Assembly (NCBI GenBank): GCA_965224085.1
Contig: CBDCYI010000005.1
Location: 992,001-1,056,000, forward strand
Source: Candidatus Marinacidobacterales bacterium
GTDB lineage: Bacteria > Acidobacteriota > Vicinamibacteria > Marinacidobacterales > SMYC01
Reading direction: 5' to 3'
Length of the DNA: 64,000 bases
This document shows, one piece after another, positions 58,859 through 64,000 of this stretch; within the stretch, counting starts at the first letter, position 1; every line of letters begins with the position of its first letter. A program made the translations under genes and the position numbers. The notes beneath the pieces were generated by a model, which saw only the letters and a list, made by a program, of their open reading frames with translations, was not told the origin of the DNA and did no database searches.

Positions 58859-60712
58859 CTAGATAATGTCCTCGATGACCTTGATTGCGAGCTCGAATCG
58901 ATTGAACGGCGGCAACACATAAGCACCGTCCGCGAGATCTCGGGCGGCTCGCAAAGCATCGCGCGCGACATCCACACCGACTTGCTGGGCGGCTTCTTTC
59001 GTCGACGCGCTCCTCAGCCGATCGCGAATCTCCTGCGGGACGGCCATGCCGGGCACTTCGTTGTGGAGAAACTCGGCGTTGCGCGAGTTCACGAGCGGCA
59101 GGATGCCGACGAGCACCGGGACCCGGTAGCTCTCGATCGCTTCGAGAAACCTTTTGAGATAGCGCGCCTCGTAGACGGGCTGCGTCAAGCAATATTCCGC
59201 TCCCGCCTCCACTTTGTTCTGGAATCTCTGAATCTCGGCGTCGAAATCGGTCGCTCCAGGGTTGACCCCGACACCGATGTGGAACGGGAGCGCAAGGCCG
59301 AGAGGGTTTCCCGAAAGATCGAGGCCACGATTCAACCGTCCGAGGATCTTCGTGAGGCCCACGGAGTCGACGTCGAAGACCGCGGTGGCATATGGGTAAT
59401 CTCCGAGCTTGGGAGGATCGCCTGTTACCGCAAGGATGTTACGCAAGCCGAGGGACTGCGCCCCTAGAAGATCCGACTGGATGCCGATGAGGTTCCGGTC
59501 GCGGCATTGATAGTGAAGGATCGTCTCCAAGCCGACACGCTGCTCGAGAAGGACAGCAAAGCTCAGCGCGCTCATCCTAGCGCTCGCGCGCGGGCCGTCG
59601 CCGACATTGATGTAGTCGACCTCGTTCTCCTTCAGCCACTGCGCTTTTTCGAGAAAGAGTCCTGGATCCGCGCCTTTGGGCGGATCCATTTCGACCGAGA
59701 CGACGAATTTGCGGCCAAGGTTTCTCGCAAGACGTGATTTTTTCTCGCGCGGCACGGGCTCGCGCTCGATGCGCTCTCCGGAGGGGGCGGCCACTTCGAT
59801 TTGCGTTCGCGCCGGGCCGAGCGCGCGAACGACGCCGACCATCGCGCCGATATGGTCCGGCGTCGTGCCACAACAGCCGCCGAGAATCGTGGCACCGGCC
59901 TTCAAGAAAAGTTTCGCGTAATGGCCCATGTACTCGGGTGAGCTCAGGTAGATGACGCGTCCTTCGACAAGCTCGGGGAGACCGGCGTTCGGCTGCACGG
60001 AGATCGGAACCTTCGTCGCGGTAGAGAGCCGCTCGACGACGCGCAGCATGAGCTCGGGACCTACGCTACAATTCGCGCCGATGGCGTCGATGTCGAGCTC
60101 CGAGAGCTTGAGGGCGACGTGCTCGGGTTTGGCGCCAAGCGGTGTCGATCCGTCGTCGCCGTAAGTCATCTGCGCGACGATCGGCAGATCCGGCGCCACC
60201 TCGCGCAGCGCGCGGATGGCAAGACCGAGCTCCCGCAGATCCGAGAACGTTTCGAGAATCACGAAATCGACAGCGCCAGCGATCAATCCCTCGCTTTGCT
60301 CGCCAAAGGTCGCGAGCGCCTCCTCCTCGGAAATCGTTCCGATCGGCGCGATCGGTTTTCCGAGCGGGCCGATCGAACCGGCAACGAGAACGGGCCCATC
60401 CTTATCCCCGATGGCGCCTCTCGCCACCGCCGCGCCGGCCTCGTTGATCTCACGGACGCGGTCTTTGAACCCGTGAGGCTCGAGCTTGAAACGGTTGGCA
60501 CCGTAAGTGTTCGTCTCGAGGACGTCGACACCGACGTCGAGGTAATCACGATGAACCGACCGGACGAGCTCGCGATTCGAGAGGTTCAGCTCGTCGAAAC
60601 AGCGGTTGACCATCACGCCCTTGCCGTAGAGCAACGTGCCCATGGCGCCGTCACAAACGAGCGGCGCGGATAAGAGCCGCTTTCGGAAGGCGTCTCGTCC
60701 AAACGACGTCAT
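58859..60712 (-). CDS. yitJ: Bifunctional homocysteine S-methyltransferase/5,10-methylenetetrahydrofolate reductase
   Basis: DGAMGT, ETNTYGAN, GANC, GGCCGTTP, then MTHFR half (VEMDPP, CRDRNL, VTGDPP, TQPVY, FLHNEVPG). Confidence 0.93.
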   Translation of the reverse strand: MTSFGRDAFRKRLLSAPLVCDGAMGTLLYGKGVMVNRCFDELNLSNRELVRSVHRDYLDVGVDVLETNTYGANRFKLEPHGFKDRVREINEAGAAVARGAIGDKDGPVLVAGSIGPLGKPIAPIGTISEEEALATFGEQSEGLIAGAVDFVILETFSDLRELGLAIRALREVAPDLPIVAQMTYGDDGSTPLGAKPEHVALKLSELDIDAIGANCSVGPELMLRVVERLSTATKVPISVQPNAGLPELVEGRVIYLSSPEYMGHYAKLFLKAGATILGGCCGTTPDHIGAMVGVVRALGPARTQIEVAAPSGERIEREPVPREKKSRLARNLGRKFVVSVEMDPPKGADPGLFLEKAQWLKENEVDYINVGDGPRASARMSALSFAVLLEQRVGLETILHYQCRDRNLIGIQSDLLGAQSLGLRNILAVTGDPPKLGDYPYATAVFDVDSVGLTKILGRLNRGLDLSGNPLGLALPFHIGVGVNPGATDFDAEIQRFQNKVEAGAEYCLTQPVYEARYLKRFLEAIESYRVPVLVGILPLVNSRNAEFLHNEVPGMAVPQEIRDRLRSASTKEAAQQVGVDVARDALRAARDLADGAYVLPPFNRFELAIKVIEDII

Positions 60713-61302
60713 TCGCGCTCCTGCGCGGGCATGTCGATGTCGGCGAGCCCTAGAGTTTCCTCGGCGAGCCCCAGAATTCCCGTTTCGACGCTGAGACTTT
60801 GGTCATCGATATGGCTCGCCAGAATGCGGCGCGCTTCGCCGTAGTGCTCTTTCGGAACTCGAAGCCGCGCGTAGTCCTGCTCCATCAGGCCTGTTTCCTT
60901 CGTGACGATCAGAACGATGTCCGGTTGTTCGCGCCACCCCAAACGCCGCACTTTCGTATAGGGCACGAACGAGCGGTCGAACCAAATGCCCGACTGGTAG
61001 AAACCACGTTGAATCTGAAACGAGAGAGGAAAGGCGATCGTGTAGTAGATGGCCATCAGGCCTTGGGCCACGCTCGAGAGGATCGGCCTATCCAAAACGA
61101 AGAGGCTCAACGCCGTCATGCTCACCATGAAAAAACCGATGCCGATGCACATGTTGTAAAACCACGGCCGGCTGAGCCGCCACGTGAGCTCGGCGGTGGG
61201 CATGAGGCGGCGATATCGCGCGTAGCGAGCAAGGAAAAAGACGTTCCACACGGTAAAGAGCCCCGCGAGGCCGATAAAGGTCAAATCGAGAACACTGGAC
61301 AT
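60709..61302 (-). CDS. Hypothetical membrane protein
   Basis: Three TM segments and a beta-rich tail; ATGA overlap with the downstream gene. Confidence 0.75.
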   Translation of the reverse strand: MSSVLDLTFIGLAGLFTVWNVFFLARYARYRRLMPTAELTWRLSRPWFYNMCIGIGFFMVSMTALSLFVLDRPILSSVAQGLMAIYYTIAFPLSFQIQRGFYQSGIWFDRSFVPYTKVRRLGWREQPDIVLIVTKETGLMEQDYARLRVPKEHYGEARRILASHIDDQSLSVETGILGLAEETLGLADIDMPAQERE

Positions 61303-61357
61303 AACTGGTCCCATTGTACAGCGCTGAACGATTGAACCTTCGCGTCTTTGAACCTTG

Positions 61358-61375
61358 GCGCCTTGGCGTTACGCT
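61358..61375. repeat. Copy of the 28901-28918 repeat arm
   Basis: GCGCCTTGGCGTTACGCT, 17/18 identical to GCGCCTTTGCGTTACGCT. Confidence 0.65.
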
Positions 61376-61400
61376 TTGCTCTGGACTCGCAGCTACTCAG

Positions 61401-62777
61401 CTAAAGCTCGCGAGGCCCCGCTTGCGGAACCTTCATCGAGCTCCGGTTATGCTCCGCAGCATCGTCACTAAGCACGGGCTCTACGAACAGCCGCAGCGCG
61501 TCGCGGTGTCCATGCGCGATCAGCGCGTTCAAGTCGAGCCGCTCGTTTCCAATCTGGGCGCGCCCAGTCACTTCGAAGGCGTTCAGTCGTTGCTTGTCAG
61601 GGCGGATCAGGAAAACGGGGAGGTCGTTTTGTCTCGTCGCCTCGACGAGATCGTCGCTCAAGACTCTCCGCACCGAAGCCTCGATGAGCCGCTCGATCGC
61701 ATTGCCGCCCGGACGTTCGCTGGGAGCGCAGCCGGCGACATAGATGATTTGTTCCGCACCGGCGGCCACGGCGTCCTGAACCGCGCTCGAGCCAGAGAGG
61801 AGGCTCCCGGCGAAGCGATGAACTTCGCCCCCGAAGTCGGTATCGAGCGGAAGCTTGATCGGCACGTTCGGCACGAGCCCAACAGGGCTCAACGCCGCCA
61901 TCAAAGCATCGAATAATAGCGGGCCACCGTCTTTGGCGAGATCGATCGTCTCCCGGTGTCGCGCTCGCCCCGCGCCATTCGATGAAAACTTTTTGAGAAA
62001 ACGATCCTTCAAGAGCGCAAAAGTAACTTCGCGACCGCTATCGGTGTCGAGAGCGTAGAAGACGAGCTCGCGAAAACCGAGCTGCCCGAGGCTTCCAGAC
62101 AGAAGTTCTTGATAGGCGCCGCCGATGTCCCTTCGCTCCCGTGGCCGATCGCCGGTCGATGCGCCCCGCACGGCTTGCCATAGCTTGGTCTCGACGAGCG
62201 CCGCGAGCGGCTCAAGGTCGTATAACTCTGGAAGCGAGGGCGCGCCACGTTGCCGCGTGAAACTCGACAGCCACCACGTGACCCAAATCGTGCACAGTGC
62301 CACGAGCGGGATCACCATCGCACGGAGATAGACAGGCCCGGCGGCCTCGAACAGCGCGGGCAACCACTGCGAGCCCCCCGCGAGCCCCGGCTCCAGCGCC
62401 CCCAAAAGAAGGCGGCCCAAAGCTTGAAGCGGAAGCGCCAGGACCGCCGCGAGCCCGAATAAAACCGGAGAGAGAAATGCCGCCAGTGCAACCAGAAGAC
62501 AGGCCAGCGTCATCTTGTATAGAGGGCGCAAGCGCCATGGGCGTTTCCCACTGGCCTGGGCCAGAAGTCCCGCGTCTCCATGAAGCCGCCCTTCGGCATC
62601 GATTGAGCTGAAAACCGCGACGAGCGCCCCGGCTCCTTTGCCGATAACCATGTCGACACGCACACCAGCGGTCTTGAGCGCGCTCATGACACCCGCGAGA
62701 TAGGCAGCCGACGTGCCTTCGCCGATAAGGATCGCAGCTGTGCGTCGATGGGTGCTGAACTCGGAGAAGGTCGTCAT
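61401..62777 (-). CDS. Patatin-like protein with degenerate catalytic motifs and a hydrophobic insert
   Basis: AILIGEGTSAAYLAGV.. and VIGKGAGALVA correspond to the GGGxR/G and GxSxG positions; ATG 62777. Confidence 0.7.
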   Translation of the reverse strand: MTTFSEFSTHRRTAAILIGEGTSAAYLAGVMSALKTAGVRVDMVIGKGAGALVAVFSSIDAEGRLHGDAGLLAQASGKRPWRLRPLYKMTLACLLVALAAFLSPVLFGLAAVLALPLQALGRLLLGALEPGLAGGSQWLPALFEAAGPVYLRAMVIPLVALCTIWVTWWLSSFTRQRGAPSLPELYDLEPLAALVETKLWQAVRGASTGDRPRERRDIGGAYQELLSGSLGQLGFRELVFYALDTDSGREVTFALLKDRFLKKFSSNGAGRARHRETIDLAKDGGPLLFDALMAALSPVGLVPNVPIKLPLDTDFGGEVHRFAGSLLSGSSAVQDAVAAGAEQIIYVAGCAPSERPGGNAIERLIEASVRRVLSDDLVEATRQNDLPVFLIRPDKQRLNAFEVTGRAQIGNERLDLNALIAHGHRDALRLFVEPVLSDDAAEHNRSSMKVPQAGPREL

Positions 62778-62821
62778 GCGCGCCCATGATAAATCAGCGC
62801 GGCGCACCGTACTACTAATGC

Positions 62822-62864
62822 TATCCAGGTAAACTTGAAAGCGTTTTGCTCTGCAGGGGCGATT
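62822..62864. repeat. Dispersed ~43-bp intergenic repeat, copy B
   Basis: TATCCAGGTAAACTTGAAAGCG..GCAGGGGCGATT; see copy A. Confidence 0.7.
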
Positions 62865-62906
62865 ACCAATGGCATCTGCCGTTGTGCGCATGTGTATAAT
62901 CCGCTG

Positions 62907-64000
62907 ATGAGCGAAGGAGGAGTTCATCGAAAGCTGCAGCGAGCGCTCCGCGACGCGGTCCAAGCGAATTATGGCGTCGCGATCGACGACGTCGTGCTGG
63001 AGCGACCGCCGAAATCGAGATTGGGAGATGCAGCTTTTCCAGTAGCTTTCGATCTCGCTCGGATCGCGAAAATGGCTCCGCGAAAGATCGCCGAGGTCTT
63101 GGCCCCCGCTCTAGAAAGCGTCCAAGGTGTGGAGCGTGTCGTCGTCGCAGGCGCGGGCTATCTCAACGTTTTCGTCGACCGAGCTAGCTATGTCGCGGAC
63201 TTCCTCGCGCCGAGAGCGCCGATAGCAGACGACGAGCCCAAAACGCGCTCAAAAACGATTGTCGAGCACACGAACATCAATCCAAACAAAGCCGCTCATA
63301 TCGGCCATCTCAGAAACGCGGCGCTCGGCGATAGCTTCGTGCGCGTATTGCGGTACTGCGGTCGTGACGTCGAAGTGCAGAACTACATTGACGATACCGG
63401 CGTGCAGGTCGCGGACGTCGTGGTCGGCTTTCTCCATATCGAGAAGAAAACGCTCGACGAGGTGCGCGCCATCGTCGATGAAGGGCGCTTCGACTACGTT
63501 TGCTGGGATCTGTACGCGCGCGTCTCCGGGTTTTACGAGGAGGATCGTGAGCGTCTGAAGCTTCGCGAGAAAACGCTCAAGGCCATCGAAGAAGGCGCTG
63601 GCCCGGAAGGACCCCTCGGCGAGCTGATCGCCGAGACGATCGTGCGCCACCACCTCGCGACGATGGAGCGTATCGATGTCCGCTACGATCTCCTGCCTTG
63701 GGAGAGCGATATTCTTCGATTGCATTTCTGGGAACGCGCCTACGAGCTCCTCAAGCAAAAAAAAGCCATCCGGCTCGCGACGATAGGCAAGAACGAAGGC
63801 TGTTGGATCATGGACCTCGGCACGGAAAGCGAGGAGCCGAGCGAACAAGACGAAAAAGTCATCGTGCGCTCGAACGGAACCGTGACTTACGTCGGCAAGG
63901 ACATCGCCTATCAAATGTGGAAGTTGGGGCTTCTCGACCGCCACTTCCAATACGAGACCTTTCACCGATATCACGACGGGCACACGGTGTGGTCGACGAC
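62907..64000 (+). CDS. argS: Arginine--tRNA ligase (runs off the window; absent from the ORF track)
   Basis: Manual translation from ATG 62907: GDAAFPVAF, GYLNVF, VEHTNINPNKAAHIGHLRN (HIGH), NYIDDTGVQ, VRSNGTVTYVGKDIAY. Confidence 0.95.
   Translation, partial: MSEGGVHRKLQRALRDAVQANYGVAIDDVVLERPPKSRLGDAAFPVAFDLARIAKMAPRKIAEVLAPALESVQGVERVVVAGAGYLNVFVDRASYVADFLAPRAPIADDEPKTRSKTIVEHTNINPNKAAHIGHLRNAALGDSFVRVLRYCGRDVEVQNYIDDTGVQVADVVVGFLHIEKKTLDEVRAIVDEGRFDYVCWDLYARVSGFYEEDRERLKLREKTLKAIEEGAGPEGPLGELIAETIVRHHLATMERIDVRYDLLPWESDILRLHFWERAYELLKQKKAIRLATIGKNEGCWIMDLGTESEEPSEQDEKVIVRSNGTVTYVGKDIAYQMWKLGLLDRHFQYETFHRYHDGHTVWST

Noticed and set aside
63249-63983. 244-aa minus-strand ORF
   Set aside because: Antisense to argS, which carries the HIGH motif on the plus strand.

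Overview
GC-rich bacterial window, most likely Acidobacteriota (Vicinamibacteria-like). This is inferred from a PadR plus ADOP-type permease pair, a fused LptF/LptG, an acidobacterial-type VWA protein and a kinase/TolB-propeller remnant. The left part (about 1-28 kb) is a decaying accessory region. Intact genes there (TPR proteins, cyclophilin, aldo/keto reductase, PLP decarboxylase, sirtuin, ABC permease and ATPase, manA/manB) sit among about a dozen frameshifted, truncated or internally collapsed genes. It also holds three mobile elements: IS1634, IS6 and a tyrosine-integrase plus IS91-like HUH transposase module. The right part (about 28-64 kb) is essentially intact: smc, lptF/G, metK, a YitJ-like methyltransferase/MTHFR, argS and a roughly 16-kb translationally coupled MoxR/DUF58/vWA/DUF4159/TPR-peptidase operon of unknown function. 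The best candidates for an undescribed system are (i) the integrase/IS91-like element, which has an attC-like end hairpin, TTAAT direct repeats and a second inverted end beside a 126-nt hairpin, and (ii) the MoxR-vWA envelope operon. All family assignments come from motif recognition by eye; no database searches were run.
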